Positions 24,449 through 39,417 of a stretch of DNA of 64,000 bases are shown piece by piece. The stretch spans positions 620,001 through 684,000 of the forward strand of contig JAQGDQ010000043.1 of NCBI GenBank assembly GCA_030141605.1. Direction: 5' to 3'. Each line of letters begins with the position of its first letter. Positions within the stretch are counted from its first letter, which is position 1. The notes beneath the pieces are model-generated. The model worked only from the letters and a program-made list of their open reading frames with translations, made no database searches and was not told the origin of the DNA. Origin of the DNA: Tubiluchus corallicola (lineage: Eukaryota > Animalia > Priapulida). Made by a program: the position numbers and the translations under genes.

Positions 24449-27400
24449 ATGGCTGGCACAGGTAAATCACCTGTGCGGCCTCAGGTTGTGCTGGGCATTG
24501 CCATTCCGACTCTTGTTGCATTATTGGGTTATATCTGGTACATTACACAAGACAATAATAAGAAACGAAAAGCCAAACAGTTGAAGTCTGTTAAGACACA
24601 AGACTCTGAATCGTTTCAAATGTCTTATTCACAGCAACATAGTCATGATGATTGTTTGACAAACTCTAGTGAAAAGTGTTTAAAAACTCCGTCTGTGTCA
24701 GTTAACAGTGAACAGTATCTAGCAAATGAAGGGTCGTTACACGTTAAATTTAGCGACCCTTTGACTTTTAAAGATGATTCGAATAATGGTTGTTTACTGT
24801 GCGAAGGTGCATTTGAACACAGTGACAGTTCTTCTCATTCAGAAAAGTTGATACAAGACTGGAACCGTCATGTTGGAAGATCAGAAGTGTTACCACAGTT
24901 AGCAGATAATAATTTAATACCACCGCCATCTACTGCCACAACAGTAAGTTCAGCGGAAGATGTATCTACGAGCTCAGAATTAGTCACAGACAAAGAGCCT
25001 TTCACCTCACAACATGAAGATGCGTGTTCATCATTGGACAACACATCTAGTATAGAGGCCGGTCTTTCTACATCTAGCAATGTAATTTCCTCTCAGGATA
25101 TTGTTAATTCGTCATCATCTTCTAAGGACTCAGACATAACAGACAGTTCTTTGGCAACTGAACCTCAAACTACGGTGCCACATACCTTCCTAAACAGAAA
25201 TAATTCTCATAGCATCCTGACAGATGACGCTACTGATGCAGATATAATGTTAACCAAAGAACATGATGTAGAACGGTATGCTGACAGTTCCAATGGAGAT
25301 GGAGGAGATGTAGTGGAATGGGGTTCCGATGAAGTAGAAAATAACAATGAAGCAGTGGACATAAAAGCATTGGCTCAGGATCTGATTAATAATGGCAAGT
25401 CCTCAAACGATGTAGAAGTGAAGTACCGGCGAAGTAAAGTGGCTGATGAAAAGAAAAGGAAGACCAAGAAGGGTCTTAAGCGAGATGCACGGAGACCTTC
25501 ACCGAAAAAAGGAACCGCTAAAAGCAAGAAAGATGAGACTAGTCCAGTTTCCACGCCTACCAAGTCATACTGTAAGTAATTTTGCTGCTAGAAACCGGGT
25601 ATAATTTGTATTATATCTACCAGAAATCTATAAGGTTTTTTTGTTTGCCTGTCGTTAAGCTATGTCAAAACATTGTGTGTGTTTTGATGAGAATTAGTAT
25701 GCATCTGGCAGGGATGTTACCGGGTTTGTCCATAATTTCTGGTTCAGTTTTCTTTTCATCGAAAATTATCAAGTTTCGTAGCCAAAACCTTTGGTAATTT
25801 TCCGTTGCATTTTTCTGAGGTTTTAGTAGTTTTAACTTGTTTATTTTTTCTCTTAGTTGTTAAAAATCGCTGAAAAGTTTTGGCTAAAATAGTTCAAATA
25901 AAGTGTAAATATTGTTTATTTAACTTTTTGTAGCATGCAGTTTATGGAAATGCTTCATATCTTCAATGCTGACAACTGTGAAGTTTTAAGGTCTCCAGGC
26001 ACAATTAACCAAATTGTCAACTGTTAAAGTTGATAATTTTTGAAATATAGGCAACAAAATATGTACAAAATAAAATTTATCAATTTTTTGAAGCATCATG
26101 ATCTTTAACCATAAACATTGTTCTACTTCCTTGGTTAAGATGTTTTGCCTATCTACTTCATCAAACCTGTATCAGAGCAAATAAATGCAAACAAGCAAAA
26201 TCGAAGTATTTTATTTATTTCGGCATTTTTTCAGTTTTGATAGTTGTTGGTTTTGCAAAAATGATTTTGTTCGCTGTCAGTTTCCTATGTTTCATGAATT
26301 TCGGTTTTGGTTTGTAATTTCAGTTTGGGTAACATTTCTGCCATTTAGCTGCATATGAATCCTGGCTAATTTACTATTGATGTCTTTGAAAACAACTGTA
26401 GTTGTACAACATCTTTATTGTGCTATTCTTGATTCGTATGCCCTTTGGACACTGTTCTTTATTTCAGCTCGTCCGTTATCATACGCTGCTGCAACTAAAG
26501 TGAATTTAAATGAAGAAGAAACAGGAAATGTTATTGTACTGCATGATGGTGATGGGACACAGACAGCAAGCAGCATCAGTCCTGGTGAAAATGGTTCAGT
26601 TAATAGTGACGTTCACAGTGTGGTATGTCATAATTGCTTTACCTGAAAATGCGATAATGTCTTCCTGTTTTACATTTTAACTGGTGGTAGTATTAGTATT
26701 CAGTGAACTCTTGTTCTTGATTTTGGTGCAGTTTGTGTTGTCTATAAAACAATAAGTTGTAATATCTAATCTTGTTTATCTTAATGGTGTTAGACTATCA
26801 GAATGATATTTCATATCCCGCCACATTTTGAAGTATGGCAGAACCATACATTTCATCACCTATAATAACGTCAGTGTTTTTGGTAATTGCATAATAGGTT
26901 AAAAACGTAATTAATAGTGGGTGAACCCAACTAGTAATGACATCACAGTGAACATAAAATTTTCTGCAGCATAAATATTCAATGAGCAATGTTGCACATG
27001 TTTGCAAATCACACACTGAGCTCTCGAATATGTTTATTGTGTCACAATTGAACACCTCAGAACTGAGCGGTACACCACCTGGTTTTTTTTTGTGCAACAT
27101 TTTTCTTTGTTCCCTTGAATTATTATATGGGGTAGATGGTTTTCAGCTACAGTTAAAATTGAACCCGGTTTCCTTTAAGAATAGTAAACTAGTAACCTGT
27201 ATAATTTCGTAATCTTTCTAATTCACTTCATTGAAGAAGAAGATGGCCCAAGACAATTCCCTAAGTTTGGTGATGTTTAGATTATGTGTTTACTTGCATT
27301 TGTACCTATTGAGATTTCTAGTAGGGGATTCCAATACGAGTTTAGAGTAAATCTGAATTGATGACCTGTAAAATCCTAGTGAACAGATTGTCTGTCATAT

Positions 27401-30400
27401 TTCGGCCAAGTTGAATGTGGCATATGTTAACCAAACAACTAACTAAAATTTATTTCAATTTAGGATTCGAATGATAGTGGTAAAGGAAACAGTGACATAA
27501 TGCATCCTCAAGGAGAAACGTATCAACAGCAGCTTCTGGAATATTCTGTATATGAGCTCGAGTTGCCGCGCGACCTTGTTGGTCGACTTATCGGACGCCA
27601 AGGTAGAACTCTGCATTTCATGCAGTTGATTAATTAGATAATTAGTTGTTATTTGTTTAGTATTTTTTGAGTGTTGGATAATGGCTTGTGATGTAAGTTT
27701 GGCATTTGTAATCTATTTTTCTCCTTTTCAGGACGTACAGTAAAACAGATTGGCGATAGAACTGGTGCCCGTCTGACTGTTAAAAATCATCCATTCATGG
27801 ATAAATATCAGATTTGCGCAATCGAAGGTTAGAAAACTGTTTTTAAGATATGTTAAGTTCTTAGGCACATTGAACTTTGTGAACATTTTCAACAAAACAA
27901 GTCACTTTAAATGAGTAAATCAGTCAACTACAGTTCCTATGTCTGTAGATAATAGCAAATTTTTTGCATTTCTATTACTACTTTGTTGGTGTTGTCCTTA
28001 AAATTTTGTCTGTGCTGTATTGCAAATGAACCTGTTGTATAAACTAGATTTGTGACATTAATCGGCCTTGCACTTGTATACGGTAATGTATGAAATTTAT
28101 ATATTTTGGTATACTGTATATTATGCTATATTAATGTAATGTTCCACAATATTGCAAAAAGTTGAATAATTTACAATGGTGTTTTCCTGTATGTTACTTT
28201 TGTAGTGGAAATGTTTTTTTGTATCACAAGAGTTGCATGCAAAGGTGTTGGCTAAAATTCTCATTTTTGTGTGTAGGTAATTCAGAAGAAATCAAGTTGG
28301 CGCTAGAAAAGATCAGACGTATATTTCCTATCAACAGATATCCAGAGATGACCTTAAAGCAAGTTAATTCCCCCATAGAGCAAGCCGTTTTGCTTCCTGA
28401 TAACTTACAGGTTTTGAAATCTTTTCTTTCTGTTTTTGTCATAGCATTGTGATTTGCAGTATTTTGCTGTAATGATAGTTTCTTTAATCATCTGCCACTG
28501 ACTACAGATTTCCTGTAAAATTGGGAAAAAAAGTGCTCTGATGTCATTTCCTTAAAGGGTTGTTTTTGGATTGCACCCACCTGGCATGTTTCTCCTAATG
28601 TTTCTTTATTTCTCAAAAATAATCGTTTTTGTAACTTCAAATAGTGAATTCTGAGATTCACAAGGCATGCTTAAAAGTTTATCTACTTTTTACAGTTGAC
28701 ACTTCCGGAAGAGATTGCCATTGACAGTATACTATCCAGTCTTGTGAGTGCTTGTCATGTGTTTGTTCAACAGCCCTGCCATCCGACATATCCTGCATTA
28801 CACAGCTTGAACGAATCTATGCTCTTGTGCTACTCTGAAGGCGAATCTGTCATTCCACAGTTACCAAGACCGATTGAAGGTTTGTGAGAGAATAACATTC
28901 ATGTTTATTATAAAGAAGCCAAGAGCCTATTGTGTGTTAGCAAAAACTAGTGGTTTTGCTTGACACTATCCGTAATTACTTGCTTTGCCTTTCTTTCTTG
29001 TTGGTGTCTATTATAGTAAATTCCAAATAGTTAATACAAATCAGAATGGCAAGTTTTTAAATACTTGATTAAACTAAGGATAAGTCTGCTGTGTAGTAAA
29101 ACTATTTCTAATTGATTTTTCCATATTGTAGTGGGTGTGATATGTGCAGCACCAGTAATGGATGGTTGGTTTCGCGCACAAGTTGTGCAGTATTACCCAG
29201 ATTCTGATGAAGTTGACGTCAAGTTTTGTGACTATGGTGGCTACTCGAGGATGCAAGCACACTTTTTACGACAAATTCGGTATATTTACTGTCAATGTTT
29301 TCCATAATTGCCTTGTATTTGTTGCATTTTGTTACCGCGTACTATATGGTGTGCAAGTTTAGAATTGGTACTTGCTATTGTATGTGTCAGCAATGTTCTG
29401 TTGTCTGGCACTTTACATACACGAAAGTATGCGGCAGTTATTAAAGCACAGTCTCGTAGTTCTGTATGGAATAGTTACCTCCATACAGTCTCCACGTCTG
29501 GAACATAACATAACTAAACTATTTATTTGTTAAATTTTATGATTACAAAATCGAATCGTGAGATATGTGTCAGTAATGCTGTTGAACTAGTTAACTCTTT
29601 CATATCTCATTTTTAGATGTGACTTTATGACGATTCCCTTCCAATCTTCTGAGTGTTATCTCGCAAATGTAACACCCATCGATGGTATGTCTGTTCACAA
29701 TGCTCATTTAATTAAGTTCTCAAGTTATTTCGTATAATGAAGAACCACAGCAGTAAGCATTATGATAATATTACGCAGACTTAAACTAATTGATTACTGT
29801 GTTATGAATTTTCCTGAATCTCATATATAAGGTAAATGTTTTTACGTTGCTCTGGTATTTCTAGTTAGATCCACATTTATTTTGACAATTTAATTCTAAT
29901 CTGTTGATTTGTAATGACATTTGTGTTTTTTTATATTTTAGTATTGCCAGTGTACTAATTATCCCTTTTTTGGCTTGATTTATGGTATTGAAAACGGAAA
30001 TTGGGAATTGCCAAACATTCGTCTACACTCAATAATTATGTCAATTCATATATGATAAGATTGATTTGCGTGTTTTTTGCTGTTATTCATTATTGGCATG
30101 CATGTTATACCAGTGTTAATATCACTTGCAGAAGCAGAGGGCTTTACCGTAGAAGCAGCAGCCGTGTTGGAAGAATTGACCCAGGGTCGTGTTATTCAAG
30201 TACAGATAGTTGGGCATGCAGAGGACGGAATACCTTTCGTACACATCTATTCACCCGCCGATAGACAGGTATTAAGTTCTACTTCGACAGTGAAAAATAT
30301 TATTATGATATATCAGTAAAGTTAAAATTTGTTACTGGGTAATCTTGGAACTAGAAAAATTAAACACGAATGCCGTTGGTATCGTAGTTACCCCATTCAC

Positions 30401-32946
30401 TGTACAGTATAATCCACTTATAACGAGCCTCTGATTTTTACAAGGAAATTTCAAAGTCCCGCCAAATCTTATACTTTGACGATGTATTTAAACCTTGCTT
30501 ATAACCGAGCTCCGATAGTACGAGATCTTGCTTATTACGAAGAAAATTTTCTGGCCCTGTGATCGTATTCACCCTGCATATAACGAGCGCAAGTTCTGAA
30601 ACAATTTCTGGGTAAAATTGTATAGGCACCATTCACCAAGAACAAAAAGCCAACGAACAGGGTGGAGACTAATTTATTGAAACAATGTGGTGACTTCCAC
30701 AGCTACTTGCGCTGCTGTAATTGTTACCTAAAGAATGAAGCGAGTGATGAATTAGACACAGCAAAGACCAGTTTGTCAACATGTTAGCTTGAATGACCCG
30801 GTTGAAGCCTTTGCTTATATGTTTATAATGTTTATATTATTGAATCCAGGTAAAACATGCTCAGTTATCAGCAGATGAGACAATCATTGCAGTGATAACT
30901 TAGAAAAGCAACTTATGCAGGGATTTATTGCAGAAAATAATGACGTAATCCTAGAAATAACAGACTTTGAACACTATAAGTTTACTCTGTATGTTTTAAA
31001 CACAGTAAATTTACATTTAAACCAGCCTAGTCAGAGTGTAGATTTAGTTATTAAGGTCATCCTGAAATGCTCAAGAATTTGCCCGCACAGTTAATTAAAT
31101 AAAAGCCAGTGGTGTTTTCCACCCACGCAGACATCCAGGGTCTTGTGTGGGCATTTAAATTATTACAATGCCTATGCGAAATACACTCGACTGTCAGCAG
31201 TTGTCACAATCAAAGCTACTCTGCGGCAGTTTTAAAAAGGAATGTATTGCAGAATGTGCTGCCTTAATAATAGAAATAATGATGTTTAAACATTATAAGT
31301 TTGCCCGTTTATGATAAAATATTTACTGAACTGTGGAACTTATGTAGAAACTTGCGCCAGTTTCAAAAGAAAGTGCTCTGTCATCTTTTAAAATATAACA
31401 GCCTTATAGGCTTCATTTCTATATAGCATATACGCTCAGGTAATTAAATTGACCTCGGCTATAAAAACACTCAGTTATAGCGGACAAATTTTGACAGTCC
31501 CCTGAAACTCGTTTTAAGCGGATTACACTGTATTAGTAAATCTTGAGTGCTGTACATTTACAATACATTGATTTTAGGTTGTTTCCATTTATTTAGCTGT
31601 AAAAAATGCTTTTTGTACCTAAAAACATTGTAAGTCTAGTTTTCATCCTGTTGCCTAATGATCTCAGCTAAAGATTTATCAGTTTAAACCCAATTTACAT
31701 TCACAAAACTCTAAGTCAATAAGTGGCAGATGTGATTAGACTTGCACTGCGAAATTTGCTCTCATTTTACCTGTAGTTTAGTGTTACTATTAAAAACAAA
31801 CGTATTTATTGGATAATATTTATAATGAAATCTATTTGTGAAGATCTAAGAAGCTCAGTATACATACTTGGCTTTTTTGTTAGGTAAACAAAAATAACTA
31901 AAGTCACACGTAATACTTAAAAGCTTAAGTTGAACAGGAGTTAAACTTGAGCGTGAATAATTAATAAATACTTTCAATGTCACTGCCTCATTATTATTTA
32001 TTCATTTTCGCTACTCTGTTTTCAAATGGCGCACAAATTAAAAACTGACTTACATTATGAAATGTAAAGTGCACAACAGATATGCTGTACATTGAAAAAA
32101 TACATTGAAATTCATCTAAATGTGTGATTTAAAAAATGTAATTTTTTTTAAAAGTAGTATAGTAATGTAAGATTTGAAGTGTAAGTGAAGGGGGCAGCTC
32201 ATTTCATAAGACGATGCTGCAGCAGAAAAAGCCTGCTCATCATAAGCGGTAATGAACTTGGATGACTTGTGAAATGGAGTATGTTATAATAATGAATTTG
32301 TGGCTACTTGTAAAGCCCTCAGTGGCATATACCTGAGCTTGCTATGAATATTAATATTACAATTTAATAATATATTTGACATTATGCGGTCAGTCACAAA
32401 TAGTCAAACAACTTATACAGCTGATTGCATCTTAAACTGTGACTGATGTACCTGACTTGCTGTCATTTCTCTGTTTATACTTTGACTGATTGATATCAAC
32501 TCAGTAAGTTTGAAATAACTCAGTTTCATACAAAAACACTTTAGCAAAAAGATTGTGTAAATCTGGTGTAAACGCTGCTTTGTTGTGATTTATGAACTGT
32601 CAGCATTAAAGCAAATTCCAAGTCTCTCAAGGAGAGTTGAACTTATTTTAATATTTGTGAACAATGTTAGATAGTTTCAGCAATAAAGCTGTAATAAGCG
32701 CCTCATATAATTAGTAAAATTAATTTAATAACGAAAAAGAACTGCGTCAACACCGTACAAGTTTCTGACAGTGCCTTCTAGTCTTTTTGAAGGCTTTTAA
32801 CTTTTGTTTCTCATATGAAAGAAAACTTCAGGTTATTACACTATTATGTCACAAAATATTACGTTTTTTTGTTTTAGACGGTGTTCGTAAACAGAGAGAT
32901 GGTGAATCGTGGTGTGGTAAAGTGGACAGAAAATTTTGAATGGTAA
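24449..32946 (+). CDS. AKAP1: A-kinase anchor protein 1 / spoonbill ortholog (mitochondrial TM anchor, KH, Tudor)
   Basis: Phase-consistent exons: 24449-25571, 26468-26622, 27464-27602, 27732-27827, 28277-28410, 28696-28879, 29132-29279, 29617-29684, 30132-30268, 32878-32946. N-terminal TM VVLGIAIPTLVALLGYIWY plus KKRK; DSGKG; KH (ELPRDLVGRLIGRQGRTVKQI); Tudor (GVICAAPVMDGWFRAQV..VDVKFCDYGGY..LRQIRCDFMTIPFQ); C-terminal VNREMVNRGVVKW. Confidence 0.95.
25709..26340. mobile_element. hAT-like non-autonomous element
   Basis: TIRs cagggatgttacc ... ggtaacatttctg. Degenerate 8-bp flanks gcatctgg / ccatttag. Confidence 0.7.
30405..31530. mobile_element. Tc1/mariner (pogo/Tigger-like) non-autonomous element
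   Basis: TA|cagtataatccacttataacgag ... ctcgttttaagcggattacactg|TA: TIRs with a TA target-site duplication. Confidence 0.85.
32170..32660 (-). mobile_element. Highly decayed L2-like LINE 3' fragment
   Basis: Minus strand reads EQAFSAAA, resembling the L2 C-terminal RAFSAAAP motif. Heavily degenerate. Confidence 0.4.
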
Positions 32947-35900
32947 TGGCTGCCTATTTCTGTTGTTTTTCACTTGACTAGAAAGTGTTCTAGAAGATAC
33001 TTTTGATTTGTGTTTTGCCAAGGTTTTCGAGTGGTTTTTGCAGTTTTATGTAATTATTTGTGCAGTTAATTTGTGGCTTCACGTTTGGTAGTAGTGTTAG
33101 AAAATGTTGTTTATTAACTTTGATGTATTATGGTCTTGAAACTGTTACACTTATGATCTGTTAGGTGATTCTAGCTAGCATCACCTTCTGCTTGTTGAAA
33201 TATTATATTATTAAGCTCTTGTTGTTGTACTTGTAAAGCACTAAATATTTTAATTTATTATTATTTTATTTGGTGTTGGTTAAGCAGATTTCACTTATTT
33301 GTCGAGAGAATGTAACCAGTTTTTTGTTATATAAGATTATTTTGAAAGCTTTAAGTGAAGTGCAACATCTGTCTAATCAGGTGTGTGGTGACCAGGAGTA
33401 GTAACAGTCCTGGTGCAAAAATACTTTTATGCCAAAATTTTGATTTTTGTGCAAACCATGTGTTCATATTTTGTTTATGTTTGTACAATCTTTGCAGATA
33501 AATGTGAAATCAATCATTGGTCTAAAATGAAATGTGTTTTACAAGTTAAATGTGCACCAGGATATTGTCTTTCTTTTATATAAGTTTACAGAAGGTATGG
33601 ACATTTTGTCCTTTTACCTTCTCCCCATTGAACAATTGCATTTAAGGAACTACTAATTGGTAGGTACTAGGTACCTGTCCTTTTGTTGACTATGGTATTA
33701 CAGAAAAAAAGTAAAAAATACAAAAAATAAATTATGAGCAGGCCTCAGATATAGAATTGTACAGTTGTATTCAAATCTCTAACGGAGTAATGCACCTCCT
33801 TTTGCCAGCACACCTATGTATTTAACAGACGCATGGTTTTTTTACTTGAGTTTTATAAATTCTGTGATTATAATTGATCACTGTAGTATAATTTTTGAAA
33901 CTTGTGTGACAAAAACACCTGCATGTTAAGCTAGTAGTTCCAGGCTTCCAGAGTAAATAGTCAATTTACTAACTTGATGAAGTTTCTTTGGAAATGTGTT
34001 TCAAGCTTGCTGTTGAATATAGTGGTGTCAGTTTTGAATTCTTAATGAATCTTGTCCAGCAAATGCAACTGAAACGTTTCTGTTTAAGGAACCATGTTAA
34101 AAAACTTAAGTAACCATTCTATTGCCAACACACATGATTGGAAGCAGTGCAGTTACACACTTGCATTGTTTTTTAACTCGCCCCTAGATGACAGACAAAA
34201 ATTGCTCAGTCACCATAGCAACGGCAACTTTAAGAATGCCCATTCTGGCAGTGTGATGTTAGAAGTTACAGCAGGACAATGGACATAGTGGCTGTGTCAC
34301 AAACATCATGGCAGCCTATTGTTCCAGCTAAACTATGGCTTGCTGCTGCATGATATTTTACAAATATCATTAGCGCACAAAAAGTTTGTCCTGCATTTGC
34401 AAAAATAACATATTCCGGTTGGATATATCATTAGCTATTTGAAGATGTTGACCCTCTTAATAGATCCATTGACTACTTTTATCAGCAAATATTCGTTATA
34501 ACAAAATTAACAAATATTGTATAAAAAGTGAAATTTCTCAATGGCCAGCAAATTAATCAGGCACAACAATGAAACTTGTAATTTCACTATTTGCAGTCGC
34601 ATGGTGAATTATTATATCATATTGCATATTGTATTTAGTTTTTTGTCTCCTAATGCTGAGTTTATGAAAACATGTTTGAGATGTCGTCAGATACTCATTA
34701 TCATCCCAGTTTTTCACCCCATGGAGGAAAAATCCACATTGTATAGGCATTTTCAAGTTGCAGCAATGAGACTTAACGCTCTAGCTCTAATTATTGTGTA
34801 TTTGGTGAATGAAGTGTATTTGTTTTGATTGCAAAATGTATAAATGTTCAAATTAATGTTGGTATTATATAATTGCGAGATGGCTTTTGTTTAGTTCATT
34901 AATATTTATAAAATGGAGGTTTGTAACCCCGGGGTGGCCTTCTTTTTAATTGCTGCCTATCTACTATAAGCTTCCCATTTATTCATAACTTTGTGCAAAA
35001 GCTTAGGCTGATTTTTATTACTTTTTGTAAAAATCTTGTCCAGGTGTTCATGTTTACTTTGTGTCTATATAAGACATTTTATAGCCAGGTGGGTGGCTTG
35101 CTTATAGACAAAATAGCCCAATCTGCTTAAAATTTTGGTATTTTATTTATGTTCTTCTAAGGAGTATATGAGGTAATATTATCAATCATTGCATTGACTT
35201 CAATTGATATTGTTATTATTGGCTAATCATAGCTTGTATTTTAGTTTATTATATCGGTTTACTTTACTGTTGGTAGCTTGTATAGATTGGTGTAGCATAC
35301 CAGTAATTTCTTTATCTGAATCTTATGATAGTGCTAGATTAGGCATTGGATTTATAATATTAAATTTGGTTGATATTATACCTGCTCTTCTGTTGTTTTG
35401 TGACAGTTAAAATGAATGGCTGTTAGATTATTTCAAGAAAATTACATCGTAATACATAAATTATATTATATCAATTATTCTATTTTAAAAAACCAATGAG
35501 AAGTCAATGGGCAGGAGAACTCAAATTAATTAATTGAACTAATGAATGGACAACTTATCATGGCCCATTTCTCAACCTTTATTTTGTTTTTGTCCTTTAT
35601 GCTAATATGGGCAGCTTATTAATTCGATAAAAATGTATAGAAATTATTGAATGCATACATATCTTTTTCATCATGTGGCATGCATGCTAGGCTGTTTTTT
35701 AAAGGCTTCAAACAAATGGCTAGCAGACTGCCAATCTTCATTGTACCTTTTATCATTTGTAGCTGCAAGTGTTTGAACATCTTGTTCGTAATATTATTCA
35801 CTGATAAATCTTCTTCCACATATTAAACATTTTCTTGTAAGAGGTCAAGTACCTTTTTTACATTTAATCGCAAGATAGTTTGCATATCACAAGGAGGTTA

Positions 35901-38299
35901 CTATGAAAAGGCAATGATCAGTAGGTGGATGGGCACACGAGAGAAAGTGGTCTTTGTGCATGCATACCTTACGCGCAACGCAAAAAACATCTAAACTGGC
36001 ATGATGCGTGACGTCAACGTGTCGTGTGCATCAGCCAACAATGTCCACTCGATATCATAAAGGAATGGGTGTAGTTTGTTTTTGTGCATTTAAAACATAA
36101 TTTTTTTACGATGGATCGGCACACTATGCAGGTTGTTTGTTCCTGATCATTTGCACCTTTGGTGATTTGTGAATGTTTATATAAGTGACAAAATGGTCGC
36201 TGAACTTACATATTTAGGTTGTTAGCCACTATTAAGCACCGTTGAGGTCCAACGTAAAAACAACAGCTGTCCAATATAAAAGTAATGTTTCCCGTGGGAC
36301 GTAAGGACACCCCCTGGAGGAAACGCCCCTAACACGCCTTGTTTCTCAGAACGTGAACAAACTCAAGCTACTTGGTTTATTTCTTATTTTGTTCACTCAG
36401 TTTTTCATGCGTTCTTAATATTTTTTCTCAAGGGAATCGTAAATACTTTCATCCTAAATAAATTTTATAAAACTGACATGTATACTTGTACAGTAGAAAC
36501 GTTTAACGTGCTAGGTACGAATAAAATCGGATAAAGTTTATGATATACATGGTAACGTGGCAAAATTATTGGAACCACTTATTAAAGGATGGCAATTCTT
36601 ATTGTACAGGCTCTACAGTTACACCCACAGATCGAGTATCTCTGCTGATGTCTATACTTGTCTTTCATGAATATACCTGAATTCACCGAAAATTTGTTCG
36701 CTTTTAAGTGTTAGGTAACACCTGGCCATCGTTTGACTGCTTCACAAAACATCCTAATTACTAGGAAATCAAAATGTACTGACGTAAGTATGGTACCTCT
36801 AGCTTTTTTATTGATTGGTTAATTAGTACAATAAACTGAATATGTTGACGACAAACAGGTGTGCTAGCTGCTTGAGCAACTTCATAATGCTCAACTAGAA
36901 AAATAATACCGAAGAGTCATTAAACCTTCGTCCAGTGTAATTTTCGACAGGTGGCTGCTCTGTATTAAGAACTGGACTGAGTTAACAGGTGCAACTTGGA
37001 TTATCGTATGACTGGACATTACGGTCTGTTATAATAACACTAACCCTAATAACCTTGACCCTAAGTATTGTAGTAAAAATTAAGGTAAGAAGCTTGCCGT
37101 GAAACAAAAACAAGGAAAAACAATGGATGTTATGTATCGTGCGTTGTCACTTACTATATGTAGAATTAGTGAATTAAGAAAAAATGTGTTGTGCCTTCTG
37201 TCAAAAAAGTAGCACGCTAATTAATTATTTTGGGTTTCCCGCTCGAACATAATGCTGTCTCGTTCTCGTTCTTCATGTAATAATTTCGTGTTTATTAATT
37301 TTTAATTTTTTTATTGTAACGTCACGATATAGTGACTCGTCTTCTGAATTTTTGTGAAAGAACACATTCCATGACAACGGAAAGTTCTAATTTACATATT
37401 CAGGCAGATGTGCAGAAAAAAGACTCTGCAAAGGAGTAACCCAATGCTTCGCATTCTCGACTAGTTTTTCTTCTATATTTAACCTATCTCAGGCATATAT
37501 GACAGGTTAGTTAAAGTTAAAGTTTGAAAACATAGAGTATTACAGACATAAGAGATCCATGAATCGAGGGGGAAACCCAAAATTCGCCCATTTTTCTTTT
37601 AATTAAGACCATCCTAATTGTTTTATAATCCAGTAGCGTCTAATTTAATTTGTACGATGAACTTTTAATATGTCAATATTATTAACGTGTGGCCTCGCTT
37701 TCCACAAATTTCAGACCAGACGAGTGGCCTCACCCCGCCAACTAAATAATATTTAATGAAATTCATGCAGCATTAAATGAGCGAAAATTGTTTTCTGCAG
37801 AACGGATCACAGGTAGGGATGGACCGCAGCAAGTTATTCTACCATACATAATCACCAGTTGTGACGTTTACAGAGTTATTGACCTCTTCACAGCTGTGGT
37901 GTATAAAAATGCGTATTAATTTTAAGTTATATGTTGCTGTCATAAATAATTATATTGAAGCTCGTTTTCAGACCCGTGAACTGCTATCTGCATGTATGAT
38001 AATTTTTTTCTAAGCTTGCATTAATTTATTTATAAACCTTAAATCATTATTTAACTAAACAATCTGATGTTCTTTTTCTAAGCGAGAAAATCGATGCTTT
38101 AATGACTAGCATTTTAATATAAAATAAGAAACTGATCAACTGAAGAAGATCCCGAGAATGATACCGCCGCTTCCACGTCTATGTGAGTGCAAATCACTAC
38201 TAATTATACATGTAACTATTAAATAACCATTCATAAAAGTTCATGTAGCCATTAAATATTAATTACATAAACGCAAAAAAGCGATATTAAATTGGAAAA

Positions 38300-38385
38300 T
38301 TTGATTTTTTACACTTTCACTGGGATTCAAACCCAATACCTCGTGCTTCCAAGGCAGCTATGCTAACTACTGCATTACAGAAGCA
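38300..38385 (-). mobile_element. tRNA(Gly)-derived SINE copy
   Basis: Reverse complement reads gttagcatagctgccttggaagca...gggtttgaatccc, close to the tRNA-Gly(TCC) D and anticodon arms. Confidence 0.65.
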
Positions 38386-38877
38386 CCAGACTTTTCAAAC
38401 TTAGAAATTTACCCTATAACTTACTAGATGGTCTATCATGGGAAAATCATCGCCCACACTGTATCAACACTGTTGTACGAAATAAATCACATGCATAACT
38501 TTTCAGACAAATTTCTTAGAGCTTGAGACTTACAGCAATTTTTTAGAACTACATTTTTGCTAAAAAATAAAATACCAATTTGCACAAATTAATAAGATAA
38601 CGTTTCTAACTATTTCTTGACTTTGCAGGAGAAAACAGCAAGTGTTGGCGACGTTCTAATATCATTATTAAGATAAATAAGAATTTGGATCTCTTATATA
38701 AAACCGAATTTAATCAATTTTTTGTAGTTTTTACTAACGGGATTTTTAATTTCAAATCGCTTGTTAAAGAATATATTATATTATAGAATATACAGCACAT
38801 TCATGAGAAGCATGGCTATTTTGAAATGGTTCAAAACTTTTACTTATTGATTAATACTCTATTATTTATCGACTAAA

Positions 38878-39057
38878 CGGAATGAGTTTACAATTCCCCA
38901 CACAATAAAATACCCTAACCCTAATCTTAGCCTTAACCCTAACCCTAGCCTTTACCCTAACCCATCCCTACCTCTAATCCTAACCCTAATCCTAATCCTA
39001 ACCTTAATCGGCTTCAGGAACTAATTTCTTGTGTGAGGGGAATTGTAAGCTTTAGCC
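38878..39057 (-). mobile_element. TTAGGG-bearing short element (MITE/HINE-like), copy 1
   Basis: Inverted repeats gtttacaattcccc / ggggaattgtaa flank a degenerate (CCCTAA)n core. Confidence 0.75.
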
Positions 39058-39417
39058 TAACAAACGTTAAGAAACGTTGCAGTTGCAAAGTGTTTTAGAA
39101 GATAACGGGTTTATTTACAGTCAACTCCAGTTACCTACGCTTAACGAGGTAATAAACCAAAGCGGACGGAAAGTTCAACCTCACATGAGCGCACCTGTCC
39201 GTCAGCTGCTTGCGACAAACATCGAAGCGTGGAAGCTGCAGCAGAAAATACCTGCGCAAGTGACCTGGTTTATTCATCAATAGCAGCATGAAAAAAGTTA
39301 CTTGTTGTTCAATGAAACTCTATTGAGAGAACCTGTTCGTAAAGCATGGGATAAAAAGATAAAGTCGTAATCACCATGGAGACTTTGTGATGTTTTTCAG
39401 GAGATCAAGGGCTTGTC

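Noticed and set aside
38300-38385. Functional tRNA genes (here and at 6031, 47830, 53699)
   Set aside because: Stems are broken and the copies share non-tRNA tails, so they are SINEs or pseudogenes.
38910-39010. True telomere or chromosome-fusion scar
   Set aside because: Short, degenerate, and embedded in identical flanks at three loci.
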